Below, piece by piece: positions 41,438-53,945 of a DNA stretch of 64,000 nt (positions within the stretch are counted from its first letter, which is position 1; each line of letters opens with the position of its first letter). Under the pieces are notes generated by a model, which was not told where the DNA came from, did not search any database, and was given only the letters and a program-made list of their open reading frames with translations. The position numbers and the translations under genes are program-made. The DNA is from Octopus sinensis. Its lineage: Eukaryota. The stretch spans positions 43,028,001 through 43,092,000 of the forward strand of contig NC_043005.1 in the NCBI RefSeq assembly GCF_006345805.1. Reading direction: 5' to 3'.

Positions 41438-42444
41438 AATAGTTATATATTTATATTTATATATTAAAATTTATATGAAGGACTTCTTTCAGTTTGCTCC
41501 TACCAAATCCACTCACAAGCCGCAATCAAATGACTGAAACAAGTAAAAGAGTAAAAGAGTAAAAGAGTAAAAAGAGTAAATTTTAGAGTATTTAACTTAC
41601 TTAAAATGTAGAATCCAATAAATATTCCACATCATTGTCAGTTCTTCTCGAAAGAGTAGCCGGGTTTTTTTTTCTGTAAGTATTCTTTTTTTAAAAAACT
41701 TTTTCTGAGTACCTTTTATTAACAATGCCTTCTTTCAAACCCTTGATTGATTCTTTCCGAGGACCCACATAGAACATCCCATTACATGTCGAGTAACAGT
41801 TGGCTTTTTGAGTAATCTGTCTTCTTTAGTTTTTACTTTTAAAGAAGCAGTATTTTTTATAATTGATACAGTTCAATAGAGAGAATAATCTTTCGTGCCA
41901 ACCTGACAAATGTATAAAATTAGCTAAATTAGTCATATAAACTAGATTTGAAAAAAAAACAATTTTGAATTATAAAGTCTCGGTTTTAATGACGTTTAAC
42001 CAGGAATATCTTCAATAGAGACTGGCCAATTGTATGCTGATAAATGATGGCTTCTCAATGCACCATCAAAATCATTTATACTGCTTTGTAGCACAATGGA
42101 TTAAGTACGGACCTTTGGCAGAATAAAAGAAGTAGGAGATACGCTGGGATTATAAGCCACCTCTAGGTCTGATAACATTAATTTAGCCATAATTTCTTCT
42201 TCTTTGAAAGGAAACGTTTTTTTCTTATTTGAATACAAAGTTCCATTAGGAATTCAGACAGTCAGTTGCAAATCTTCTAACATTGATTTCATGAAGACAA
42301 GATTTATTAATTAAATGTTTTGTTGTCATTCCCCTAAGATGAATCCTTAATACTTTTTGCAATAACTTTCAGTTTTTGATAATATTCTTTAGTAATTTAT
42401 ATTTAGTAAAGAAATTCTGATGGCATTATTAAGTACAGACAAAA

Positions 42445-43075
42445 GGCAGCGAGCTGGCAGAATCGTTAGCACGCCAAGCGAGATGCTTCACAGTATTTCG
42501 TCTGCCGCTACGTTCTGAGTTCAAATTACGCCTAGGTCATCCTTTCGAAGTCGATAAATTAAGTACTAGTTGAGTACTGGGGTCGATGTAATCGACTGTT
42601 CCCCATCCCCACAAAATTCAGGCCTTGTGCCTATAATAGAAAGGATTATTAAGTATAGACGAAAGGCAAGGAACTGGCAGAATCGTTAGCGTGCCGGGTG
42701 AAACGCTTTGTGGCATTTCGTCCGTCTTTACATTATGTATACAAATTCTGTCGGAGTAAACCTTGCTTTTCATCCTCCTGGGTCGATAAAATAAGCACCA
42801 GTTGAGCATTGGGGGTCGATGTAATCGACTGTTCCCCATCCCCACAAAATTCAGGCCTTGTGCCTATAATAGAAAGGATTATTAAGTATAGACGAAAGGC
42901 AAGGAACTGGCAGAATCGTTAGCGTGCCGGGTGAAACGCTTTGTGGCATTTCGTCCGTCTTTACATTATGTATACAAATTCTGTCGGAGTAAACCTTGCT
43001 TTTCATCCTCCCTGGGTCGATAAAATAAGCACCAGTTGAGCATTGGGGGTCGATGTAATCGACTTACCCCCTACC
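42445..43075 (+). mobile_element. Three head-to-tail SINE family B units containing a 233 bp tandem duplication
   Basis: 42598-42830 is repeated at 42831-43064 up to the GTCGATGTAATCGACT junction, with a 1 bp indel. Confidence 0.92.
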
Positions 43076-43196
43076 TCGAAATTGAAGAAGCCACGGATCA
43101 AATTGTTCTACGATCATTATAATAATTGTTTCTCAATAATACCACTCCATTTTGTGCATATTTAGGTATTTTGTTGCTAATTGTTGATACCGCTTC

Positions 43197-43347
43197 TTGA
43201 ATAAACATGGACTTCCTACAGACGTGGCCAAAGTTTGAGACATTTATTTTTGAAATTAAAATTATGCCCAAGTACAATTCGCTTTAAATATATACGACGT
43301 ATATTTTCAGACCTATGTTCCAAACTTTTGGCCAAGTAATGATATAC
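43197..43347. mobile_element. Tc1-like MITE remnant
   Basis: TACAGACGTGGCCAAAGTTTG versus CAAACTTTTGGCCAAGTAATGATA partial inverted ends. Confidence 0.45.
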
Positions 43348-43389
43348 TGCAAATTAAATATACCTTTGGGCATTTAAAATAAAAAATTC

Positions 43390-44245
43390 TAATTTTCAAA
43401 CTTGTTTTCCAAGCTTTTGGCTACGACTATTGTCTGGTGCTGCTATCAGAAAAGATGTTAAATCTTTTACAAATGCCTCTGGATATGATAGCAATACAGC
43501 ATGGCCAGGACAAAGAGTAACATAAAGATAAACGCATCCTACAATACAAATAGCAGGTATATCATCTTTCAGTAATTTCTGGAACCCGTTTTTTGGTATC
43601 CAAGATGGAAGGACAATTATTGTTTGAGCATCTTCCAGAAATATCTTTCTTTTCACGTATAGTAGACTTCATTAACATTGTAAAGACGAAGAATCATTTC
43701 ATTTTCAACAAACTACTGTATCTTACAAGACTTCTACGTCATTATGCTTCTGCACATCGAAGTATCTCACAATACAGCCAAAATTTGGGTAACTGAAATA
43801 TCTGTACTTCCATCAATTATGATAGAAAACTTGTGAGTCTTACAGATATCTGTAGCACTATATTTCATGAAAGGCTATTCCATCCTGAATAATATATGAA
43901 TGTTTTGTTGTTTTCTTCGACAGAAGATGATCAATATTTGCAAAGGAAATGTTGTGTTCAACAAAATAGTCAACAATAAGAAGTTCTCGTTTGGCTGCTT
44001 GTTCACTCTTTGTTAACTATTTTTTGCCATAAAATCCGCAACATCAACATTAGATTTAGCCATTTCAAAGCATTTCCGTATGTTTGACAGAAGTTTTTTA
44101 GCTTCATTAGTACGGATTTATTTGCGTTTGTCAGATTAACATTGCGGCATTTACAATTATACAGTAACCAGCTTCTGTAGCAGTTTATATTAGGGATTTT
44201 GCAGCCATTTTCATTTGAATGACAAGGAGTTTGTAACACAGGATG
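43390..44245 (-). pseudogene. hAT-family transposase remnant (zinc-finger region and first DDE motif)
   Basis: Across frames: FK*KWLQNP*YK, KTSVKH, ELLIVDYFVEHNISFANIDHL, KTHKFSIIIDGSTDISVTQILAVL (hAT FS..DESTD motif), KLLKDDIPAICIVGCV. Many stops and frameshifts. Confidence 0.85.
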
Positions 44246-44696
44246 GCAAGGTTGCTAGACTCAAATCACCTACTGTAATACAATAAATTTATACTAAGCA
44301 AGGCACCAAATTCTATTTGTATATTTGTATATGTGTATCATCATATCAATAGCGATTTTTGTCAAAAAAGCCCAGATGACTTCCACAAATATTGCCTTAG
44401 AAGGATAAGAAGAATTTCTTGGCACGACCACATCGCAGATGAAGAAGACTTGGACATCGCTGTGAAATAACAGATGCTAAGTCAATGTCATAGGCATGCC
44501 TATAAATAGGCCAGTGAGAGTCCCTCTTGAATGGCAGCAAGAGAAGAAGGAGCGTGGGAGGTGAGACAGATTTATGAGGAGAATCTGGCAAGTATGGCTT
44601 GAGCTGGAAACATGCTCATGACAACATCACTTGCAAATGTGTGGGATAGAAATCTCTTATTGCTGGGTGTTTCATAAAACGTTGGTCTGTTTACGT

Positions 44697-44878
44697 TTCT
44701 TATTTCTTTGTTGCCCACAAGTGGCTAAACATAGAGGGGACAAACAAGGACAGACAAACGGATTAAGTCGATTGCATCGACCCCAGTGGAGCGTAACTGG
44801 TACTTAATTTATCGACCCCGAAAGGATGAAAGGCAAAGTCGACCTCGGCGGAATTTGAACTCAGAACGTAACGGCATT
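44697..44878 (-). mobile_element. SINE family B
   Basis: Reverse complement of the 25009-25242 copy. Confidence 0.88.
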
Positions 44879-45123
44879 CTGTAGCATTAGCGGTTCGGCA
44901 AAAAGGGACCGGTAGAACAAGTACCAAGCTTTAAAAAAAAATGTGCTAGGGGTCGAAATCTCTTATTGCCGGATGCTTCATAAGATGCTGGTGTGTTTGT
45001 GTATATACGTTTCTGTAGCATTAGCAGTCTGGCAAAAAGTAAATGATAGAATAAGTACGAAGCTTTAAACAAAGTAATAATAATAACAATAATAATAATA
45101 ATAATAATAAAAATAATAATAAT

Positions 45124-45671
45124 ATGCAGTACCAGGCAGTGGCTCTCATGGCTTCTGATCTTAACTGATTGGAAGTGTTATCATGTACATTGTTTTGTCT
45201 TGGTATAAAAGATGGGCTACAGCAAATATTCTGCTCAATACCACAGATTTGCTTGTCAGTTGTTTGACCTTAACCAGTTGAGCATGTCCCTTAGTGGCTG
45301 ACGATATGTGCATCTCTGATCACGAGCAGAAGTAGTGGGGGAGCATCATAGCCATGTGTTGAGAAGGATTCTTTGGGGTTTGAATAATTCACCTCTGGAA
45401 ACATGGGTGTTTCGTTCAACGTCCTTAAACAACCCTTATTCAGGGACCTTTTGAGCGGGATGGGTTACTCGATCTGAAGAAAATTCTAACTGGGCCCCAC
45501 CTGCAAGGTCATGTGCTGTTTATCTTGATATGAGATCACCATGTCGCGCACATATGGTTGTGATGCATGTGCCTGGTGTGCCCTTATCGGACGGGTAGTC
45601 ATGATGGGTATACTGGGCTTCGTATATTTTACCCCAGTGTCACTTCGATGGCATGCTCTGCTCGCTCACTC
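45124..45671 (+). mobile_element. ~550 bp non-coding element flanked on both sides by (AAT)n
   Basis: A second copy lies at 22447-22612; both end in CTCACTC followed by (AAT)n. Confidence 0.7.
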
Positions 45672-45696
45672 AATAATAATAATAATAATAATAATA

Positions 45697-45736
<40 letters not shown>

Positions 45737-46485
45737 TGTAGTAGTAGTAAGTACTGGGGTCGATGCGCTCGACTAAAATTGTCCAAAGCGGTGCACCAGC
45801 ATGGCCGCAGTCCAATGACTGAATCAAATAAAAGCAAAAGCAAGCTAAAGAAAAAATACATAATACGCACACACACACACACACGACTTTTGGAGGAGGT
45901 TATATACAATAAAATATGTATTAGGTTTTAGGTGCTAGTGTTATGACAGGACTTTCCTGAAAATGCAATATATACAAAACAGTGAGTGAGTGAAGATTTC
46001 TGTGGTGAATCGTAAAAAATGTGTATACATGCGTTTTTCGTGAGTTTTAAAAAAACGATACGTTTTGCAGTTAAAATAGTCATTGTACGATTTGCGCCTG
46101 CAGATGTTGATCTGATAGTGTTAAACCATTGAAAATAGAATTTAATGACAGAATGGTTCATTATGAATATTGCCAGCAGCTGTAAAACCCGAAATTGTTA
46201 AATAATACTGAGAAAAACTCTTTGCCAACTACCACCACCACCACCACCAACACCACCACCACAGCAACAACAACAATAACGACAACAACATCACCATCTT
46301 AGCCATCCATCCCCACGCTTTACACATATTCACTGCCGACATCATACAATTGTCGAGTAAATTACTTTCATTGACTTGACAAACTGACAGAGAAGACAAC
46401 CAAAGTTCAGATCGCTAATACTTCCCTTAGTCCTTCCCACTCCCTCCTCTATACTTTTATTCTCTCTCTCCCTCCCTCTCTCTCA

Positions 46486-46551
<66 letters not shown>

Positions 46552-46876
46552 ACCACCGCTCTTTCTCCCTCTCTCTCTTATACGCGTATGTTTGGAGGCT
46601 ATTTAACAAGCTGACCGCCTGTTTACCGTTTACCGTAGAGTCAAATATAAACTACATATGCACACATCCGCATGTACTTACGTACATGAATACGTACATA
46701 CGTACGTACGTACATAATGCATAAACCGACTGCTTCCCTATCCTTCTTATTCACAACTAAAACATATGCACTATTATTGATGTACTATTACAACATAATA
46801 GTAAATGTTTGAACGACAATCTTGAAAGATTTTCATGCAAGCGAAGTCAACAGTTAACCTGCACTTAACACAAACA

Positions 46877-47529
46877 TATGAAGGGGTGCTGAAAAGTTTC
46901 TGGCTTCGGGTAAAAGAAATTACAGGATAATCAGCTAATTATGATTTTATTCAATATATAGGCGCAGGAGTGGCTGTGTGGTAAATAGCTTGTTTATCAA
47001 CCACATGGTTCCGGGTTCAGTCCCACTGCGTGGCACCTTGGGCAAAGTGTCTTCTACTATAGCCACGGATCGACCAAAGCCTTGTGAGTGGATTTGGTAT
47101 ACGGAAACTGAAAGAAGCCCGTCGTATATATATGTATATGTATGCGTGTGTTGTGTGTATTTGTGTGTCTGTGTTTGTCCCCCTAGCATTGCTTGACAAC
47201 CGATGCTGGTGTGTTTATGTCCCCGTTACTTAGCGGTTCGACAAAAGGAGACCGATAGAATAAGTACTGGGCTTACAAAAGAATAAATCCCGGAGTCGAG
47301 TTGCTCGATTAAAGGCGGGGCTCCAGCATGGCCGCAGTCAAAGGACTGAAAAAAGTAAAAGAGTAAAGAGTAAATAAAAGAGTAAAATATTCCTCTCTCA
47401 GATTCATACACTTATTGCAGCAGTCCTTCAGTTTTTCTAAGCCCTGTAAAAGATCTCGGAAGGTTGAACCCCCAGGCAGGCGTTTCGCGACACCCTTAAA
47501 ACCAGGAACTTTTTCAACATTGCCTCGTA
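46877..47529. mobile_element. Mariner-type MITE interrupted by a SINE
   Basis: Left end TATGAAGGGGTGCTGAAAAGTTTCTGG, right end CCAGGAACTTTTTCAACATTGCCTCGTA; internal sequence matches the uninterrupted copy at 47532-47753. Confidence 0.8.
46961..47385 (+). mobile_element. Full-length SINE family A nested in a MITE
   Basis: Head through (AAAAGAGT)n tail; short AATAT duplication at the flanks. Confidence 0.92.
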
Positions 47530-47531
47530 CA

Positions 47532-47753
47532 CACGAAAGGATGCTGAAAAAGTTCCTGGCTTTGGGTAAAAGACAATACACGAGGAACATTTAATTATTC
47601 GTTTACTCAACACATTTCCCTCTCAGATTCACACTTCACGCATTTATTGCAGCGGTCCTTCAGTTTATCTAAGCCCTGTGAAAGAATTCAGAAAGTTGGG
47701 CTTCTAGCTAGGCCCTTCGCGATACCCTTAACTTTTCAGCACCCTCTCGAATA
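47532..47753. mobile_element. Second mariner-type MITE, adjacent to the first
   Basis: CACGAAAGGATGCTGAAAAAGTTCC ... ACTTTTCAGCACCCTCTCGAATA. Confidence 0.78.
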
Positions 47754-48051
47754 ACACTTTTCATTGTTGTTGTCCGAATTCTAGCGATGGTAGTTTGTTT
47801 CTTTGTTAAGAACCAGGTTTTTGCTTGTAGGACGCATTTAAATGATTAAGGAAGAAAAAGAAATCGTATAAAACATACGTACATAACCGCAGGCATAGCT
47901 CTATGGTTAAGATTTTCGCTTTGTTTGCAACCGCGTGGCTTTGGGCTCAGTCCTACGGCAACTGGGGCAAGTGTCTTCTGCAATAGCCTCGGCTAACCAA
48001 TGCTGAAAAATAAATCATTTAAAGTGAAAAATAAATCGTGTGTGTGCAATA

Positions 48052-48438
48052 GATGGCTGAAAATGTTCATGATCACATAACCCCCTAACATTTGGCCTAA
48101 TTCCCCAGATCTCAAGCCATTGCACTATTATATGTGGAGCGTTGACAGAGAGAGAGAGAGATCAATGAACATACCCATAACACCAAATATTCTTTGAAAG
48201 TTGCCATAGTCAGAGTAATGTTCAAAATGAACCAGGACCACTTGATTCGAGCTTGTAGATGATTTAGATCACATATAGAAGAAGTTGTTGAAGCTGAAGG
48301 TAGCTTTATTGAATAACATTATAGAAAAGAAGGTTTACTTTTATCCTCATAGCATTTTTTGATAAATAAAGTTATCTGTTACGTATCTTTTTTTTTATAT
48401 AAACATAAATCTGTGCTCAAATATCTTACGCACCTGTT
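48052..48438 (+). pseudogene. Second DD37D/maT-like transposase C-terminal remnant plus right end
   Basis: HITPNIWPNSPDLKPLHYYMWSV...LIRACR*FRSHIEEVVEAEGSFIE* (stop near 48316). Confidence 0.82.
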
Positions 48439-48459
48439 TATATATATACATATATATAC

Positions 48460-48511
<52 letters not shown>

Positions 48512-48533
48512 TGTGTGTGTGTGTGTATGTATT

Positions 48534-48592
<59 letters not shown>

Positions 48593-48740
48593 TATATACA
48601 TATACACATATAGCATATACACACACATACACACATACACATATATATAATTGTTAATAATAAAGAGTACGGAAATTCCTATATCCACAAAATTTATATT
48701 ATACAGCATATTAAACGACCTACACATGTTTGCTCTTCAG

Positions 48741-48840
48741 CGACTCCTCACCGTTGTACATGCAAGCTTGCAATATTGCCTGTGCAGCTTCATCAGGGTC
48801 CACTCAACCGCTAAGTGGAACTTCTCTGAGAGCTAATACG
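48741..48840 (+). CDS. Candidate coding exon (DSSPLYMQACNIACAASSGSTQPLSGTSLRANT)
   Basis: Acceptor TGTTTGCTCTTCAG, donor ACG|GTATGC, one open frame, unique GC-richer island. Minus alternative 48752-48825 (KFHLAVEWTLMKLHRQYCKLACTT, donor GTGAGG). Confidence 0.35.
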
Positions 48841-49352
48841 GTATGCCCCTGGATAATATATCCCTCCAAACTTATATATATATATATATAATAATAATAA
48901 TATTAGGGAATAAATCCAAACTTACAGGGAAAAATTAGATTTAGGATTAAATCCAATTTTATAGTATAAATATATTATATCATATTATATTAAATTAGAG
49001 ATAAAACCACTATTAGGCAAATCAAACAGTGAATAACATAAGCCAATACATAAAATTAATTTTAAAATATAAAAGTTAAAATTTAAAAAAATTATTTAAA
49101 TAATTTAAACTTATAAATTTTAAATATATATATATACAAATATAAGGGGTAAACGTTTTTATTTCTCTTTCTATTTCAGAATTACAACTACTTAGCGGTA
49201 TGAGTTTTGGCTGCTCTTTCTAGTGAGTCGAATGTCCTATATGGCCATTCCTTATATTGTTGAACGTATATTATATAGTCTTTGACTATTTTTTCTTTCT
49301 CACTAGACCGCTGGTAGCGGAGAATTTTTTCTAGAATTTTTTGCTATATTTA

Positions 49353-49446
<94 letters not shown>

Positions 49447-50107
49447 TTATTACTTTATTTATTTATTAATTAATTAATTTTTTTTAATTATATAAATTTA
49501 ATATAATATAAATTTAATATAAATATCAAAAGTATTAAAAGTTTAATAAAAGATATATATATATATATGGCGCAGGAGTGGCTGTGTGGTAAGTAGCTTG
49601 CTTGCCAACAACATGGTTCCAGGTTCAGTCCCACTGCGAGGCTCCTTGGACAAGTATCTTCTACTACCAAAGCCTTGTGAGCGGATTTAGTAGTTTCAAG
49701 TACACTTCCTCGCTGAAAACCGATCATATCATGGAAATACACACGGAAATCCATGAATATCCGAAGATTAAATATAAAAATGTGTAAACAGGAAGTGATT
49801 GGATGGAACAATGACACTTTTTTTCATCATACTACAATCGCTTCTTCTTCACTTTGCCAGCAGATAGTTGCTAAAATATTATTATATAATAAATGCATTA
49901 AATTCATGCATTACATCCGTATCATTTCAGCAACAACGACAAATTAAGACTTCTCAAGCATGAACGTAAAATGTTTGCAGCATTAGAATTAAGCAAATAA
50001 GCGTATTTGCCCAATCCAATTCGTCTTGACTACACATTCACACACACCCACAAGCGCGCGCACACGTGTGTGTGTATATATAAATATGTGTGTGTGTGTG
50101 TGTGTGT

Positions 50108-50137
<30 letters not shown>

Positions 50138-50140
<3 letters not shown>

Positions 50141-50423
50141 GAGGCGCAATGGTCCAGTGGTTAAGGCAGCGGACACGCGGTTGTATGATCGCGGTTTCGA
50201 TTCCCAGACCGGGCGTTGTGAGTGTTTATTGAGCGAAAACACCTAAAGCTCCACGAGGTGGTGGTGATCCTTGCTGTACTCTTTCGCTACAACTTTCTCT
50301 CACTCTTTCTTCTGTTAGCCTGCTCGCTTAACCAACGGGGTGGCGTCATTTGAAGGCTAAAACAATGGTGAGCGCATTGTGACCAGCGATGTGTAGCAAC
50401 ATTTGATAGCCTGGTTGGTCACG

Positions 50424-50425
<2 letters not shown>
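50138..50425 (+). mobile_element. SINE family C head with a variant tail
   Basis: GGAGGCGCAATGGTCCAGTGGTTAAGG...GGTTTCGATTCCCAGACCGGGCG. Confidence 0.85.
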
Positions 50426-50481
<56 letters not shown>

Positions 50482-50484
<3 letters not shown>

Positions 50485-50690
50485 ATATGTGACCGCGTGT
50501 TTATCGTTGGCGATTTTCTTTCTCCGTCTTCCCTTCGACCCTTCCTTTCTCTATGTTTCTGACGAAGAGTTCCGCTCGAAACGTTAAATCCGCTTTCTTA
50601 CCTTTCCTGAACGTCCAATAACACTATACTTATTCCACGTCCTCGCGTTGTTGCGTTTTCTCTTTGTTCATGTTTGGATATATATATATA
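50482..50690 (+). mobile_element. Short (TA)n-flanked element with a hammerhead-like motif
   Basis: 50555-50589: GTTT CTGACGA A GAG ttccg CTC GAAAC GTT AAAT; (TA)n on both sides. Confidence 0.6.
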
Positions 50691-50924
50691 CATACATAGA
50701 TACATACATGTGTGTGTATGTATGTGTGTATGTGTGTAAGGATGCATGAAATTTCTTGCATTTCGTAACTTCACAATTTTCTTTTCCCAAATTCCATGCA
50801 CAAAGAATTGGCCAACACTTTGGATCGAATTTACAAGTACGAGATTGCGAGGCGAATCATAACCTTCAAAGCTGTTCCTATGAGCATAGTCTGTTTGTGT
50901 GTTCCTGTCAGTTTACATATACGC

Positions 50925-51362
50925 ATACATACATACATACATACATACATACATACATACATACATACATACATACATACATACATACATACATACGTAC
51001 GTACATACATACATACATACATACATACAAACATGCACACATACGTACATACATACATACATACATACATACACACATACATACATACATACATACATAC
51101 ATACATACATACATACAAACATACACACACACATACATACAAACATACATACATACACACATACATACATACATACACACATACACACATACATACATAC
51201 AAACATACACACATACATACGTACATACACACATACATACATACATACATACATACATACATACATACATACATACATACATACATACATGCATACATGC
51301 ATACATACATACATACATACATACATACATACATACATACATACATACATACATACATACAT
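50925..51362. repeat. Long interrupted (TACA)n array, about 440 bp
   Basis: Direct; it generates the 150-230 aa YIHT/MYVC ORFs. Confidence 0.97.
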
Positions 51363-51920
51363 GCTATCGTGCCATCTGTCCTCTACAAAATTCATGTTCA
51401 CATCAAACCACAAACACTAAGACAGAACTATTTCATTTCAAATGGTCCTTCACTCCTTAACATCATCATGCCAAGACACATGAGAGGAGAAAAATGATCT
51501 CATAATATTCAAACAGTTCCTGAGCAAATCAGCTTCCAGATAAACTACCTACTCCCGGATGTATCTCTGCAAACAAATACTCTTTACTCTTTAATGGGCT
51601 ATAGTGCCCGAGCACTGACTGCAATATGAAACGTCATTAAATAGCTTTTCCAGGTGGTACTCTTTAGTTAACGATGGCCTGGTCCAATCCTGGCGGAAAC
51701 TTATCTAAGTATATAAGTATATAGTATGTAGATGGGGTTATGATCCAAGCTGTGTCTTCACGAATCACATCTGCATATTTCAGTACTCCAATGTGTATTT
51801 GTAGATATTGGAGAGTTTCTGTTATATACGATAAAAAAACATAAAGCAAAAGACTGTTTTGATGTGTAGTTCATATTTCCTTTATTAATATTACTTCTGT
51901 TTGAGGCGTTTAATTCTCAC

Positions 51921-52113
51921 CCAGTTGGCCCCGTCGGGGTCGATGAAGCCTCAGTTTGTTTCCAGTTAGCACGACTCCTTCCTGGGCTCGCTCCACCTGA
52001 TCCGCAGGTACCTTGAGGCAATCCCGGCCCACCTGGTGGCCTTAACCCATAAGGTAGCTGTCGCCTTTGGAACAACTGTGTCGACCACTGCATTTTGCTT
52101 CATCAGTTGTTTC
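51921..52113. other. Unique GC-rich block with coding potential, strand unresolved
   Basis: Plus 51970-52053: HDSFLGSLHLIRRYLEAIPAHLVALTHK (TTTCCAGTTAG acceptor, AAG|GTAGCT donor). Minus 52093-51921: MQWSTQ...PTGPT with donor GTGAGA. Confidence 0.3.
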
Positions 52114-52145
52114 GTAAATCCACATGGGATAGCTAAAATGGGTGA

Positions 52146-52413
52146 AGGCACATGGCTGGTCGGTTAGAGCGTCGGGCCCACCATCATGATGTAGTGAGTT
52201 CGATTCCCGGACCAGGCTGGGTGTTGTGTTCTTGAGCACGACAATTTATTTCACGTTGCTCCAGTCCACTCAGCTGTAGAAATGGCGTGGAGATGGGAGG
52301 CTAGTATGCATGAGAGACTGCTGGTCTTCCATAAACAACCTTGCCCGAACTGGTGCCTCGGAGAGTAACTTTCTAGGTGCAATCCCATGGTCATTCATGA
52401 CCGGAAGGGGTTC
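52146..52413 (+). mobile_element. SINE family D (internally deleted)
   Basis: Head and tail match 28119-28449. Confidence 0.85.
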
Positions 52414-52761
52414 CTATTTTTAGCTAAAAACTATATACTTTTTAAAGCGAGATCGGCGACCAGGTATCACTTTAAAAAGTATATAGCATGAGCAATTCGA
52501 TTATCTCGCACCGGAGACGGAAAACAACCCAGAGACCTAGGTCTGTGAGTATCATGAAGAGTAGAGATGGGAGCGATAAACTCCCTTGCTCATACTATAC
52601 TGACACAAACTGTGTATCGGTAGCCAACTGGAAAAGATGCTTTCCTGGGGGCTGAACAATAGTAACATCGTCCTGTGTAGGACTGCTACATTCTGTTGGC
52701 AAATAAACTTTACTAATTTATTGATAGTTAACTGAGAAATTAATTTAATATAGCTATGAGA

Positions 52762-53255
52762 TACCGTAAATCTCAAGTATAATCCGCCCTTGAGTATAAT
52801 ACGCAGGAGAAATTTTTAGTGGGCTGTACCTCAGAAAAAACTAAACCTTGTATATAATACGCATCCCTTTTCTAATTTGAGTCAAGGAGGTTTATATAAC
52901 GTCATTGGTTTGTAAAAATGTATACGGTAACGTCCTTTATCATTACTGTACATATAACATAATGCAAACGTGTAGCTTTTTGGGGCATTTTGTTTGCAGA
53001 AAATAAAGAAATAATAGTAATAACAGTAATAACGTTTAATAAATGTTGCTAACAGCAAGTTACGGATGATTTAAGGTATTTTCGCGCCTGACATCACTAT
53101 ATGCGTCTGAATAAACATTGCCAGACAACAAATAGAGACTCGGACATTGCTTAGAAAATGATTTTCATTTTTAACCTCGTATATAGTACGCACTAGGGAT
53201 TTTGACCTTTAAATTTTGGGGAAAAAATGCGGATTATACTCGAGGATTTACGGTA
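52762..53255. mobile_element. Tc1/mariner-pogo-type MITE
   Basis: TIRs TACCGTAAATCTCAAGTATAATCCGC / GCGGATTATACTCGAGGATTTACGGTA, TA ends, subterminal GTATAATACGC repeats. Confidence 0.85.
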
Positions 53256-53559
53256 ACCAAAATTAACTGACTAAAAGGTGGAAATTAAGGCCGCTCGCGC
53301 TTAGATTTACAAATAAAGACGTGTGATGGCAATTGAAAAAGAAATCTTAGCTGTATTTTTAATATGCTGACAATATCAGGCAAGGATAAGTGGAAGGAAC
53401 TGAGTGCTTCTTAGCAAGAGTGCTTGCTATAGAGTACAAAAGAGTACAAGAGTATTTTGTTCTATACAAAGAACACTCTATAGATGAATATAACCTCGTT
53501 TGAAACAAACTCAGAACTAGTTATAACAGTAAAACTGATGCTGATCCTGCGGTTTTAGT

Positions 53560-53579
53560 GGTGGTGGCAGCAGTGGTAC

Positions 53580-53618
<39 letters not shown>

Positions 53619-53945
53619 TAGTAGTAGTAGTAGTAGTAGTAGTTAGCAATAACAAGAGCAAACCAGATCAGTAAGCAGGAGTGGCTGCAGTAGTGAGATT
53701 AGCTCGCAGGTATATCAACAAGGAAACAAGAAAAGCAACAACAACAACAACAACATCACCAACAACAGCAACAAAAGGAGCTATAGTAGCAACGACAGCA
53801 GCGGCTGCAGCATCAATGATAGCAACCGCAGCAATTTCAGTAAGAACATCAAGGAGGTCAACGGTAATAACATCATCGATATAAGCAACAGCAGCCGCAG
53901 CAGCCGCAGCAGCCGCAGCAGCAATGGCACCAAACTGCAGCATCC
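53560..53945. repeat. (AGT)n plus cryptic AAC/AGC trinucleotide region
   Basis: Direct. Confidence 0.9.

Noticed and set aside
44397-44591. 64 aa minus ORF as a host-gene exon
   Set aside because: No recognisable motif or clean splice sites; adjacent to the hAT relic and probably part of its 5' region.
50756-51497. Longest ORFs in the track (up to 234 aa)
   Set aside because: They are translations of a (TACA)n array; the same holds for the many YI, CV, HT, LSIY and MYVC ORFs across the window.
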